34,894 bases of DNA, from IMG/VR virus record IMGVR_UViG_3300036778_000028, positions 1 through 34,894 of that record, one strand, 5' to 3'. The notes under the pieces are model-generated. The model was not told the origin of the DNA, did not search any database, and was given only the letters and a program-made list of their open reading frames with translations. Positions 1 through 9,378 of the stretch are shown here, piece by piece. Position numbers and translations under genes: made by a program. The stretch comes from a virus (Duplodnaviria; Caudoviricetes). How positions within the stretch are numbered: the first letter of the stretch is position 1; every line of letters starts with the position of its first letter.

Positions 1-68
1 GTTTCGTTGGAAACCTGGAAGCTGCTGCGGGTATGTGCAGCCTGAGCGCACATAGGACAATTCATCAT
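1..68 (-). CDS. ogr: Ogr/Delta-family late transcription activator (zinc finger), 5' part only
   Basis: Reverse strand from ATG at 68 reads MMNCPMCAQAAHTRSSFQVSNET (CxxC Ogr-type start); GAGG upstream; follows D as in P2/186. Confidence 0.9.
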   Translation of the reverse strand, partial: MMNCPMCAQAAHTRSSFQVSNE

Positions 69-135
69 AATAATCAGCCCTCATTATTAACCAGTTCGCA
101 ATAATGATACATCATTGTTCGCAATTTGGAACTAA

Positions 136-1233
136 TCATTCAATCCCGAACTCATCTATTTTCACCTCAAACTCAATGCTGGTTGTGAAACCACTGTCAG
201 CGCCGACCGTGTGCGTGAGCGTGGTGATCGTCCATTCCGCTTCATCAATAGGCTGTTTGAAACCACTGACCTTCACGGGCATTTCTGTGTAGAGGTCGGC
301 CCGGCCTTCCGCCAGTTGCAGGGAGAAGGACGCCACTCCACGCTGCAGGCGCTCCCATTGCATCTTGGCGGCCCGCTCAGCGTTGGCCCGGTTGGCATAG
401 GTTCGGTTCAATACCAGCACGTTTTCATCCGTGCCGACGAGATAATCCCCCTGTTTTGCCTCAGGCTCCTTTGTTGTCGTGGTTTTCTTCCGACGCTTAA
501 CGCTTGTGGTTTCTTTCTTTGCAGGCTCCCGCGTATGCAGCCAGCTGGCAATCACCCCCGTATAGGCTCCACGATCTGCCAGGCTGAAACGGTGACTGTC
601 CCCGGCCTTGCGGGTGATGGTGATTATTGGCAGCAGCTTTCCGCTGGCAGTTCTCCCCTGCCCCTGGCGAATAAACAGTAGATGCCCATCCTTCACAGAG
701 GCAATGGCCCCAAACTGCCGCGCCAGCTTCATCATAAAACTCGCGTCGCTCTCGTTGGTCTGGTCCAGGTGATCCAGTGGCTTATCGGTCAGGTCTTTGC
801 CCAGGGCCATTGTCAGGTTGTGGCGGGTGGCAATGTCTTTCACCACGTCGCCCACCGTCGTCTGATGCCAGGACTTCTCCCGCCGGGTGTTCAGGGTTTC
901 CCGAAAGTCGGCGCTGCGGGCGCGGATGGTCAGTCTGTCCGGTGCGCCAGCGTGTTCAATCTCATCCACCGTGAAACTACCCTTTGGAAAAAGTGGCTGC
1001 CCTTTCCAGCCCAGCGCCAGGGTGATGACCGCCCCGCGCCGAGGCAACACCATTTGCCCGTCGGCGTCGTCCAGTTCCAGGTCGAGCTGGTCGGCTTCAA
1101 ATCCTCGGTTATCCGTCAACGTCAGGCTCATCAGGCGCTTATCCAGCACCTCCGTCACGTTCTTGCCCTCAATCACAATACTGAAAGCGGGCGTTTTGCT
1201 GTTCAGGTCCAGCAGATCAGAGCTGATGTTCAT
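136..1233 (-). CDS. D: Phage late control / baseplate hub protein D
   Basis: 365 aa; DNRGFEADQLDLELDD and DQTNESDASF motifs; position after U. Confidence 0.95.
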   Translation of the reverse strand: MNISSDLLDLNSKTPAFSIVIEGKNVTEVLDKRLMSLTLTDNRGFEADQLDLELDDADGQMVLPRRGAVITLALGWKGQPLFPKGSFTVDEIEHAGAPDRLTIRARSADFRETLNTRREKSWHQTTVGDVVKDIATRHNLTMALGKDLTDKPLDHLDQTNESDASFMMKLARQFGAIASVKDGHLLFIRQGQGRTASGKLLPIITITRKAGDSHRFSLADRGAYTGVIASWLHTREPAKKETTSVKRRKKTTTTKEPEAKQGDYLVGTDENVLVLNRTYANRANAERAAKMQWERLQRGVASFSLQLAEGRADLYTEMPVKVSGFKQPIDEAEWTITTLTHTVGADSGFTTSIEFEVKIDEFGIE

Positions 1234-1715
1234 TGCAGCAGCCCTCCGACGGTGCTGGCAATGTTACCGATAGCGGATACGGCAGAGTCCTGCAGGTTGC
1301 TCAACTGGTCGCTGAGGCTGCCGAACATATCGGAAAGGGACTCATCCGCCCGTTTGAGAGTCAGTGAAAATTCAATCCGGCGCGCTTCACCTCCGGCGAA
1401 AAACTCTGTTTTTGTCTGGCTCAGGCTCTCGATCACAAACATGCCGTAAATCGTGCCGCTACCCTCAATCAGGGGCCACGACTTGCCCAGTTCCGCCATC
1501 TGCTCCAGTGCCAGCAGGGACAGCCTGCCGCCCGTGATTTCAGGCAGCAGTACGCCGGAAAGGGTGAGTGAGTCATTGTCCGGCCCAAGAAACTGCGTTG
1601 AGGGGCGACGGCTCACCCGGCTGTTGGTTGCGTGCCGCCAGCTGCGCTGGTATTGCAGCTCCTGATAAGGCACGGTGCGCAGCTGAAAAACATATAATCC
1701 CAGCACCATCATCAT
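1230..1715 (-). CDS. U: Tail protein U
   Basis: MMMVLGLYVFQLRTVPYQELQ...QFLGPDND typical of P2 gpU; 4-nt overlaps with T and D. Confidence 0.95.
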   Translation of the reverse strand: MMMVLGLYVFQLRTVPYQELQYQRSWRHATNSRVSRRPSTQFLGPDNDSLTLSGVLLPEITGGRLSLLALEQMAELGKSWPLIEGSGTIYGMFVIESLSQTKTEFFAGGEARRIEFSLTLKRADESLSDMFGSLSDQLSNLQDSAVSAIGNIASTVGGLLQ

Positions 1716-4513
1716 GATTCATATCCCCCCTGATCGCTGTAGTTGCTGCGGGCTTTCGCCATGGCGCGACGTTCCCGTTCGTCCAGTTGCTTTGCCACCT
1801 CGCGGGCAATGTCCTGCGCGCTTTGGCCCGGCTGGGCGACAATATGAATGGGCGCGTTGATTTCGTAGTGCACTGCAGGCGGCTGGCTGGTGGATTTATC
1901 CTGCGGTGCGCGATACGTCGCGGCTGGCAGACTCATTGGATGGAGCGGGGCGGCCTCTGCAGGCACTGCAGCAGTGCCCATCATTCCGGCAACGACGGAT
2001 GCCAGCGCTGCCGTACGTCTGCGGCTGGTCACATTCGCCGGGCCGTTAACAATCTCCGGCCCATTCTCCCCGACAATGCCAAACTGACCGCGCGGAATAG
2101 CGCCGCCGCTGTCATACATCCCGGCAAATGGAACCGCAGCAGCGGCTGCGCCCCCGACCACCTGCACCTGCGTTTTACCTGGTACTTTATTATTTCCGGT
2201 CATCCAGTCCGGCAGATAATCGGTCACAGAGGAAAGTTTGCTTTTGAGCGTTTCCCACTTCAAGTTGATGCCGTTCAGAATGCTGTCAATGATGGCGCTC
2301 CCCATCTCCTGGAACTTTGCCGGAAGCGCGGCAACGTCTGCCAGAATCGCGGCCCACTTATCACTGATGGTCTGCCGGACAGTGGTCCATGCCTCAGACA
2401 CTCCGGCCTTAATGGCGTCCCAATTTTTTGCAATCAGGCCCGGCAGGGTGTAATTGAAAAACAGGGATTTGATACCTTCCCAGGCACTGCTGGCAGCCTG
2501 TTTAATCCATTCCCACGCCGCCGTGGTGGCAGCGCAAACCGCATCCCACATGGCTTTGAGCTTCGGCCCCAGGGTGTCCCAGTTCTGCCAGATAAGAATA
2601 GCGCCCATAGCAATCAGGCCAATCACTGCCAGGATAGGGTTTGCGAACATCAGGCGGCCCAGCCATATGATCCCTTTGCCGACACCACCAATGGCTTTAG
2701 TGATCAGTCCAAAGGCGCTGCCACCCTTGATGCCCAGGATTGAAAACTGCAGACGCATCAGCGCCAGCGGTCCCAGCACGGCAGAAACTGCCAGCATCAC
2801 CGTGCCCAGCACAACCGCAATCGACGCCAGCCCAGCCATGACTTTCAGCAGCCCGCCGGCCAGTTTCGGGTTTTCCTCCACCCAGCGACGGAATGAGCCA
2901 GTGACTAGCTTGACTGTTCCCATAATTGCCATCAGTGGGGTGCGCAGCGTTTCACCCAAGCTGCTAAAGGTGTTTTCTGCCCCAGTCTTGACCAGCAACC
3001 ACTGCGCAGACAGGGAGTCTTTATTGATGTCGGATTCTTTCTGCATCGAGCCGTTGGCAGAACTGCCAGAGGTGAGCTTGAGCTGGCGCTGCAGCTCCGG
3101 CAGGTTGTTTGCCAGCTTCGCCGCATCATCCCCAAACTCCTTGCCAAAAATCATAGTCATCGCGCCCAGGCGCTTGTCTTTTGGCAGGTTGTTGACCTTC
3201 TCCAGCACGCGCTGAATGGTGCCCATCGCATCCTGGGTCATCTCTTTTTCAATCTGCGCCGGATTCAGCTTTAACAGATCCATACCTGCAAAAAAGCTTT
3301 TGCTCTGCATGGTGGCAATGGACAGCTCGCGCACCATGGCATTTGCCGCACTGGCGGCAACTTCCGGCGCGGTGCCGAGGGAAAGGAACGTGGAGCCGAG
3401 CGCCGCCGCCTTGCGGTAATCCAGACGGTCCGCCACACCGCCCATGCGCTGCAGAACGTCGATAATGTCTCCGCCCTTTGACATGGCGTTATCGTCCAGG
3501 TAGTTCAGCGCATCGCCCAGTTGTTCAATATTGCGGGTCGGGACTTTATAGAGCTGGGCAATTTTCCCCAGGCTTTCAGAAAGCTCATCCGCCGGAAGCT
3601 CAAACGCCGTGGACGCTTTCGCCGCCGTGGCTGCAAAGGCCAGCAGGTCACGCTTCTGGTCTGCCCAGGAATCATTGGGGTTTGCCACGTTCATGCGCGC
3701 GCCACCCTCGACCAGTGCGGCAAAGTCTACCGCGCCGTTTTCCATCGGCAGCTGCTCGCTGGCGGCCTTGATAGCATCCTGCATTTCGTAAAAGCGGGCG
3801 GTACGGTTACCATTATCATCGCGCAGGCCATTAACCTGTTTCGCCACCCCTTTCATGGCATCTTCCATGCTGGCATAGCTTTTCACGGCAGCCATTACCG
3901 GCGCACCCATTGCCACCCCGGCGGCGGTAGTCGTCGCCCCGGCCCCGGCAATCCGATCACGAACCTCCAGACGGCGGGAATAGTCCGCATGGGCAGCATG
4001 CATTTTTCGCTGTTGCTCCCCTACCCGTTTTAGCCTCGCCTCCTGCACAGAAAGCTGGCTGTTGAAGCGTTCCGTTTCACGGGTAATTCTGGCGGTGGCA
4101 CTCGCCCCGTCCTTTGCAGAAATGCCCGTCCGGTAAAGCTCAGCACGAACCAGAGCACTCTGGCGTTGCAGCTTTTGCTGTCGTTCTTCCAGACGTTGCA
4201 CCGCCAAGCGCTGACGCTCCAGCGCGACAATTTGTCGCTGCGAGGGCGGCCCCATCGCGCCCAGCTCATTTTTCAGCAAAGAAGAACGCTGGCGGGCATA
4301 GTTCAGCCTGTCACCCAGCTTCTGACTTTCGCCCTGGAGCTTACGAAAACCGTCAAGGCCGTTTCCGGACTTTTCCAGCTGATTGAGAGCATCACGGGAT
4401 TTTTTGACAGCGGCAGCCAACTCTTTCGTGCTGGCCTGCGCGCTTTTGAAAGGGCGGGTGAGTTTATCAACCGCATTAAGAACCACCTGCAGACGCAGGT
4501 TATTATCACTCAT
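1712..4513 (-). CDS. T: Tail tape measure protein
   Basis: 933 aa, Ala-rich, coiled-coil N-terminus, Trp-spaced repeats, hydrophobic segments, C-terminal GMYDSGG...GENGPE. Confidence 0.95.
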   Translation of the reverse strand: MSDNNLRLQVVLNAVDKLTRPFKSAQASTKELAAAVKKSRDALNQLEKSGNGLDGFRKLQGESQKLGDRLNYARQRSSLLKNELGAMGPPSQRQIVALERQRLAVQRLEERQQKLQRQSALVRAELYRTGISAKDGASATARITRETERFNSQLSVQEARLKRVGEQQRKMHAAHADYSRRLEVRDRIAGAGATTTAAGVAMGAPVMAAVKSYASMEDAMKGVAKQVNGLRDDNGNRTARFYEMQDAIKAASEQLPMENGAVDFAALVEGGARMNVANPNDSWADQKRDLLAFAATAAKASTAFELPADELSESLGKIAQLYKVPTRNIEQLGDALNYLDDNAMSKGGDIIDVLQRMGGVADRLDYRKAAALGSTFLSLGTAPEVAASAANAMVRELSIATMQSKSFFAGMDLLKLNPAQIEKEMTQDAMGTIQRVLEKVNNLPKDKRLGAMTMIFGKEFGDDAAKLANNLPELQRQLKLTSGSSANGSMQKESDINKDSLSAQWLLVKTGAENTFSSLGETLRTPLMAIMGTVKLVTGSFRRWVEENPKLAGGLLKVMAGLASIAVVLGTVMLAVSAVLGPLALMRLQFSILGIKGGSAFGLITKAIGGVGKGIIWLGRLMFANPILAVIGLIAMGAILIWQNWDTLGPKLKAMWDAVCAATTAAWEWIKQAASSAWEGIKSLFFNYTLPGLIAKNWDAIKAGVSEAWTTVRQTISDKWAAILADVAALPAKFQEMGSAIIDSILNGINLKWETLKSKLSSVTDYLPDWMTGNNKVPGKTQVQVVGGAAAAAVPFAGMYDSGGAIPRGQFGIVGENGPEIVNGPANVTSRRRTAALASVVAGMMGTAAVPAEAAPLHPMSLPAATYRAPQDKSTSQPPAVHYEINAPIHIVAQPGQSAQDIAREVAKQLDERERRAMAKARSNYSDQGGYES

Positions 4514-4685
4514 CGCTGGCCCCGCTTCTCAGGATCGCTTTATGCCGCCACTCCAGCACCTCTGTCAGCGGCATAACGTCAGTGACGGACGGCGGCCAGT
4601 GAAAAATGGTGGCAATGTCTGCCACCAGGTCATCAACCGTCAGGCTGTCGGCAAATCGGCAAGCACCGATTTCTTCAACAAAAAA
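4506..4685 (-). CDS. E': E' extension of the tail assembly chaperone (E+E' by -1 frameshift)
   Basis: Slippery TTTTTTG at 4685-4679; the -1 frame reads FVEEIGACRFADSLTVDDLVADIATIFHWPPSVTDVMPLTEVLEWRHKAILRSGASDE* and ends at 4506. Confidence 0.88.
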   Translation of the reverse strand, partial: FFVEEIGACRFADSLTVDDLVADIATIFHWPPSVTDVMPLTEVLEWRHKAILRSGASDE

Positions 4686-4942
4686 GTGACCACCTCCACG
4701 GACATTGCGGTGAGGTCTGCCGGGTCCAGCTCTGCCATTTCCTGCGGGGTCAGTGTCGGGCTTGAGATTCGCGGAATGATGGTCATCATCGCGCTCACGT
4801 CCATATCCATAATGGCCTGCAGGCGGGTGCCACGCAGTGCGCCGGATTGTGGCTTACGCAGCACCACCTCTTTGATTTCGCTTTTGCCACGAAGGATTGG
4901 CGTATCCAGTACCACGGTTTTTTCGTTCACTTTGTCGGTCAT
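4640..4942 (-). CDS. E: Tail assembly chaperone E
   Basis: 100 aa; LDTPILRG...LRKPQSGALRG...ELDPADL; between tube and tape measure genes. Confidence 0.93.
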   Translation of the reverse strand: MTDKVNEKTVVLDTPILRGKSEIKEVVLRKPQSGALRGTRLQAIMDMDVSAMMTIIPRISSPTLTPQEMAELDPADLTAMSVEVVTFLLKKSVLADLPTA

Positions 4943-4968
4943 GTTCTTGTCCTTACATCGGAAAACAG

Positions 4969-4986
4969 GGCGCGGAAGCCCGCGCC
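4969..4986 (-). terminator. GC-rich hairpin after the tail tube gene (probable attenuator/terminator)
   Basis: GGCGCGG-GCTT-CCGCGCC followed by CTGTTTT on the minus strand. Confidence 0.55.
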
Positions 4987-4997
4987 GTTATGGGTTA

Positions 4998-5513
4998 TCA
5001 GAGGCCGATTGCCTGGCGGTGCGCTTCCATCAGGTCCACACCGTCCACGATTTCAATCATGTTGATCGTATCGACCTCATAGAGCACTTCGCCGTTAATG
5101 GTCAGTTTGGCGTAGCTGTTGGTGCTGCTGACTTTAGTGCTGTTGCTCTCCCCGGTTTTCAGCTCGCCTGCATCAATTTCTTTATGACGCCCGCGTACAA
5201 CCAGCTCCACGGCCTGCACTTCCCCGGTATCATCACGCTGGATAGAACCTGTGAAACGCAGCTGGATAGCGTCAGCAGTGGTTTTTGCCAGCTGCTTGTA
5301 GAGCAGCGATTCCATCCCGCCGATGGAAAATTCCGTGTCCAGTGCGCCGTCATCCAGCCCCATGTCCACATCCACCGCGCCAGCCATGCCGCCGCCGCGA
5401 TACTTCTCAAACTTGCGGGTAAATTTCGGCAGAGTCAGGGACTCAACGATCCCCTGCCAGTTGTTCCCGTCGTTGAACAGGTTCAGGTGTTTTAACTTAC
5501 GTGGTAAAGCCAT
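4998..5513 (-). CDS. FII: Major tail tube protein FII
   Basis: MALPRKLKHLNLFNDG...YRGGGM; 171 aa. Confidence 0.96.
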   Translation of the reverse strand: MALPRKLKHLNLFNDGNNWQGIVESLTLPKFTRKFEKYRGGGMAGAVDVDMGLDDGALDTEFSIGGMESLLYKQLAKTTADAIQLRFTGSIQRDDTGEVQAVELVVRGRHKEIDAGELKTGESNSTKVSSTNSYAKLTINGEVLYEVDTINMIEIVDGVDLMEAHRQAIGL

Positions 5514-5522
5514 GGTGCCCCC

Positions 5523-6695
5523 TTATGCGCTGACCTGGCTGGCAAAATTCATCAGGTACTGGTCAGTGATGCGCTGGCGTAACAGCAGATTTTCCAGTGG
5601 TGGCACTGGCGTGTAGTCGTAATCGATCAGCAGCTTCCCGGCCTTGAGTGTGTCCTTGTCGTTCACGGCTTCATCCAGCCAGCAGTCACCGCCGATGAGG
5701 TAGCCCTGGCTCACCAGACTGCGCATTTTGGCGCGAATACCTTCGATAATGTCGCGGGCCAGCGACGGGTTAAGCGGCTTGTCCACCGCCCACATGTGCG
5801 CCTCTGCCATGGTGTCTGCCAGCACCTGCGCCGTGCGGGTGTAGCTTTCAAACTGGAACAGGGGATCATCACTGAGGCTGCGGGAACCCCAGAAGCGGAA
5901 GCCATCTTTGCGGATAAGCGTAGTGACGTCGTTCTGGTTCAGCAGTCCCGCATCCGTTGCCGGGTCCTGTAGATCCCAGAACACATCCGCAGACAGTCCG
6001 GTGACACCATTCACGCCGACGTTGGACAGGGTTTTGTGCCACCCGGTCTGCTCGTCGATTTTGGCGCGCAGACCAAGGGCACGGGCCGTGGCAAACGCCG
6101 TGGCATCGGCCTGTAGCACGGTGTCAAAGTTAATGAAGTCAGGCCAGATCAGCATCCCCTCACGCTGGCTGAAATTCTCACGATAGGTGATCGCTTCTTC
6201 CACGGTTTTGCAGCCATAAGCGGACAGGTACGCGAACCCGCGCAGGCTCTGCGCCACGCCCAGCAGTTCAGTTGCCACACCCTGGTTATCATGGCCCGGC
6301 ACACCGAGGATGCGCGGCTTAACACCCAGCTGCGACTGCGCAGACAGCAACGCCTTAATGCCTGTTTTTTTGCCGTCAGACGTCACGCCGCCGATGATGT
6401 TGGTGGTGGTTTCCGCTTCGGTTTCACCCTGCTCCACGCGGACAACCACGGTGACAGGTTTGGCCTGGTCGGCAATTGCATCAAGCGATCGGGCCAGCGT
6501 GCCGGACTCGCCCGCTTTGCCGCTGGCGGTCAGCACATCAGTCAGTAAGACAGGTTTATTGAGGGGGAACACTGACGGATCGGCGTCATCCCCGGTACAG
6601 ACCATTCCCACAATGGCGGTGCTCACTGTAGTAATGGTGCGGGTGCCCTCGTTGATTTCCTCAACGCGCACCCCGTGGTGGTAATCCTGAGCCAT
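5523..6695 (-). CDS. FI: Contractile tail sheath protein FI
   Basis: [19 protein letters not shown]...GWHKTLSN...GFRFWG...[13 protein letters not shown]; 390 aa. Confidence 0.97.
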   Translation of the reverse strand: MAQDYHHGVRVEEINEGTRTITTVSTAIVGMVCTGDDADPSVFPLNKPVLLTDVLTASGKAGESGTLARSLDAIADQAKPVTVVVRVEQGETEAETTTNIIGGVTSDGKKTGIKALLSAQSQLGVKPRILGVPGHDNQGVATELLGVAQSLRGFAYLSAYGCKTVEEAITYRENFSQREGMLIWPDFINFDTVLQADATAFATARALGLRAKIDEQTGWHKTLSNVGVNGVTGLSADVFWDLQDPATDAGLLNQNDVTTLIRKDGFRFWGSRSLSDDPLFQFESYTRTAQVLADTMAEAHMWAVDKPLNPSLARDIIEGIRAKMRSLVSQGYLIGGDCWLDEAVNDKDTLKAGKLLIDYDYTPVPPLENLLLRQRITDQYLMNFASQVSA

Positions 6696-6767
6696 AAGGC
6701 ATTTCTCCGGTTTACAGGGGTGCGTTTATGTTCAGATTGATACGCGCGCGGCGCACGTGTCGGGCTT

Positions 6768-6785
6768 TGTGTGGGGAATGGCACA
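6768..6785 (-). promoter_or_regulatory. Ogr-binding site of the late promoter pF (TGT-N12-ACA)
   Basis: TGT-GTGGGGAATGGC-ACA about 75-90 bp upstream of FI; matches the P2 late-promoter activator consensus. Confidence 0.8.
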
Positions 6786-7091
6786 ATGCCCGACATATCT
6801 AGCAAAGTGCCTCGCTAAATCCTCAGTCGCGTTTTACTAAGAACTCTGCCTCATTGTGAACACTCCGTTTCAAGGCCTTGCTTAGATGATCTGATGCTTT
6901 ATCTTTGCTATATTCCCGACTAGATCGGGTCAGAAAGGAGTGCTTAAATCGAGACTAAAGCACGTCTTTCTGGTTCAAGTTTGGATGAAGGCAAAAAGAT
7001 GTTCACATTGCGGACCAACCATCCTGTCTGGCATGTGGGAATAAGCACCGCTTAAATTCAAAACTAAGAATAAAAACAGGGCGTAGATTTA

Positions 7092-8903
7092 ATGTTCAGA
7101 TTAGACATAAATGCACTTAGATTTTTAGCTGTAACATCTGTTGTGCTTTTTCATTTCAAAATCCCCTATACATCTGGTGGATATTCTGGGGTAGACATAT
7201 TTTTTGTAATATCCGGTTATCTTATGCACCATATGTTAACTAAGGAGAATCTAAATACTCGAACCATTTTTAGTTTTTACCGAAAGCGTTTCACTCGAAT
7301 ATATCCTGCACTCACTTTTTGCTTGTTAATATTCTCTATAGTATCAACAATATCTAGCCCGTTATCTGTTATCAATGATCTCATTGCTCAAACAGCATCT
7401 GCGTTTACATTTTCTTCAAATCTGTATTTTACTCATGCACTCTCAAGCTACTTTTCACAAACAGCCGATAGCTATGTATTTCTTCACACATGGTCATTAG
7501 GATTAGAGTTTCAATACTATCTAATCTTCCCTCTGATTTTGGTCGTAATAAAAAGAGTAAAAATAAATGAAGGTTTAGCATTGGCGACTCTTGCAGCAGT
7601 CTCACTCATATTATGTTTAGGAATGCTAAATTACAATCAAACAATCGCGTTCTACAATCTTCCATTCAGATCATGGGAACTCTTTATCGGTGCATTTGCC
7701 TCATCGATTGGACACACAATTAATTTTAAATCCATCATAAAAAAAATAATAGAACTCTCATGTATTTGTGGCATTGTCGCATATGTTATCTGGGGAGGCT
7801 CCCCAGAATCATGGCCTAACGTTAATGCTTTAATTCCTACAATGTTAACGTTCACAATATTAATAATAAACTGTGACAATGCTGAAGTAACATTGAAAGA
7901 TAAATTTACGCAATCAATAGGTAGGTGGTCTTATTCAATTTATTTATATCACTGGCCACTTGCCTCAATCTTGATAACCCATAATTTTGATAATAGTAAA
8001 CTTATGACAATGCTAGCACTGGTTGCATCTGTCATTTTAGGTGGCGTGTCTTACAAATTCATTGAGAGTAACAAAAGGATTTCGAAAAAAGTAATTGCAA
8101 CATCTGTTGTTCTGGCGATATTAACACCTATTTTTGCGAAGTATCTATACACGAATATAAAGTGGATGGAGAAAAATGATCTGACCCTGGATTCATATAG
8201 CAAATATGATATCAATCCTCAGTTTAATGGTGGAGTCAAAGTCGTAGGGAAAAGCTGTTTTTTAAGTAGTAAAAATCCATCAATCGAAAATTATGACTAT
8301 GATTATTGTACCTATACAGCGAAAAACAGAAAAACCATTTTACTATTTGGTGACAGCCATGTTGCAGAGTTCTCTAAAGCCATAAGAGAAAAGTATTGGA
8401 ATTATAACATCATTCAGGCTACAGCCTCTGGTTGCCCATCGATTGTAAATGCAAAGGGAGGAGAAACCTGTATGAAGTTATTCAATATGGTTTTTGATAA
8501 GATAATAAAAGAAAAAAACATTGACCTTGCTATAGTAGGTTCAAATTGGAGTGCTTTTGAAAACACAAATGACATCATGGCTGGAATTAGCAAAACAAAT
8601 GAATTATTGAGAAAAACAATCCCAACTGTTAAATTCATAAGCCAAACAAAAAATTACGCTTCTTCTTTACCTGTTTTAATCATGAACAGTAAGGATTCAA
8701 ACAGCATAATTCCGTTAGAGAATAGTCATTTGCTTTATGAAAAAATGAAAGAAAACCTTCCTACTATAGATTTCATTGATTTATATGACTATGGCTGTAC
8801 AAAAGACCATTGTGATCTGTTAAAAAACAACATTCCTATGTTTTTTGACAATAACCACTACACTTATGAATGGACGAAAGACATCGTTAATGATAAATTT
8901 TGA
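7092..8903 (+). CDS. Acyltransferase-3 + SGNH-domain O-acetyltransferase (OafA/OatA-like), probable surface-polysaccharide modifying moron
   Basis: FRLDINALR...LFH, GVDIFFVISGY and HTWSLGLEFQYY motifs in a multi-TM N-half; C-terminal GDSH and DNNH motifs; AT-rich, opposite strand to phage genes. Confidence 0.9.
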   Translation: MFRLDINALRFLAVTSVVLFHFKIPYTSGGYSGVDIFFVISGYLMHHMLTKENLNTRTIFSFYRKRFTRIYPALTFCLLIFSIVSTISSPLSVINDLIAQTASAFTFSSNLYFTHALSSYFSQTADSYVFLHTWSLGLEFQYYLIFPLILVVIKRVKINEGLALATLAAVSLILCLGMLNYNQTIAFYNLPFRSWELFIGAFASSIGHTINFKSIIKKIIELSCICGIVAYVIWGGSPESWPNVNALIPTMLTFTILIINCDNAEVTLKDKFTQSIGRWSYSIYLYHWPLASILITHNFDNSKLMTMLALVASVILGGVSYKFIESNKRISKKVIATSVVLAILTPIFAKYLYTNIKWMEKNDLTLDSYSKYDINPQFNGGVKVVGKSCFLSSKNPSIENYDYDYCTYTAKNRKTILLFGDSHVAEFSKAIREKYWNYNIIQATASGCPSIVNAKGGETCMKLFNMVFDKIIKEKNIDLAIVGSNWSAFENTNDIMAGISKTNELLRKTIPTVKFISQTKNYASSLPVLIMNSKDSNSIIPLENSHLLYEKMKENLPTIDFIDLYDYGCTKDHCDLLKNNIPMFFDNNHYTYEWTKDIVNDKF

Positions 8904-8907
8904 TTAC

Positions 8908-8940
8908 AATGCCAGGCATCAGAACATGATGTCTGGCATT
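8908..8940. terminator. Hairpin between the convergent acyltransferase and tfa genes (probable bidirectional terminator)
   Basis: AATGCCAGGCATCA-GAACA-TGATGTCTGGCATT, 14-bp stem with one G-U pair. Confidence 0.75.
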
Positions 8941-8945
8941 ATTAA

Positions 8946-9377
8946 TTATGCATCCATAGTCAAGGGAATCGGCGGCCAATTCGGATTGGACATATCCACC
9001 CTCATTAGTGCAACTCGATATTTCTTCCACTGAGTTAGATCAGACATTTCCTGTTCACTGGCTATTCCTGTATCAACAGCATCCTGACGCCAGGCGATTT
9101 CCACATCAGCGATTACGCGAAAACGAAAGCGTGATTGTTCTGCCATATGTATCCGCTGATCAACGGTTAATTCAGGCTCCTCAACCCATTGAGGCATTCC
9201 ATCCAGACCGGCTGCGCGCATCTTCCCGGCAGGAGGCAGTCCTAAAAACACCAGAGCGTCAGCCTCACATATATGTCTTAAATCATTAGGCCAGGTGCCT
9301 ACTGCAGTATAAAGATACTTTTCGCACTCAAGGTAAAAATTATTTTCACCCGGACAATAGTAGATTTCTCCATTCAT
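8946..9377 (-). CDS. Tail fibre assembly chaperone (Tfa/gpG-like)
   Basis: Follows the fibre gene; PPAGK...G.PQW and C-terminal WRQDAVD...WKKYRVALMRVD...PNWP motif. Confidence 0.9.
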   Translation of the reverse strand: MNGEIYYCPGENNFYLECEKYLYTAVGTWPNDLRHICEADALVFLGLPPAGKMRAAGLDGMPQWVEEPELTVDQRIHMAEQSRFRFRVIADVEIAWRQDAVDTGIASEQEMSDLTQWKKYRVALMRVDMSNPNWPPIPLTMDA

Positions 9378-9378
9378 A

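Noticed and set aside
211-5495. Long plus-strand ORFs opposite the tail genes (e.g. 682-1449, 1787-2743, 2454-3215, 4383-5495)
   Set aside because: Antisense shadows of GC-rich coding genes, with no recognisable motifs
6886-6926. Dam/OxyR phase variation of the acyltransferase, as in gtr operons
   Set aside because: Only two GATC sites (6888, 6923) and no recognisable OxyR array; insufficient support even though the phage encodes Dam
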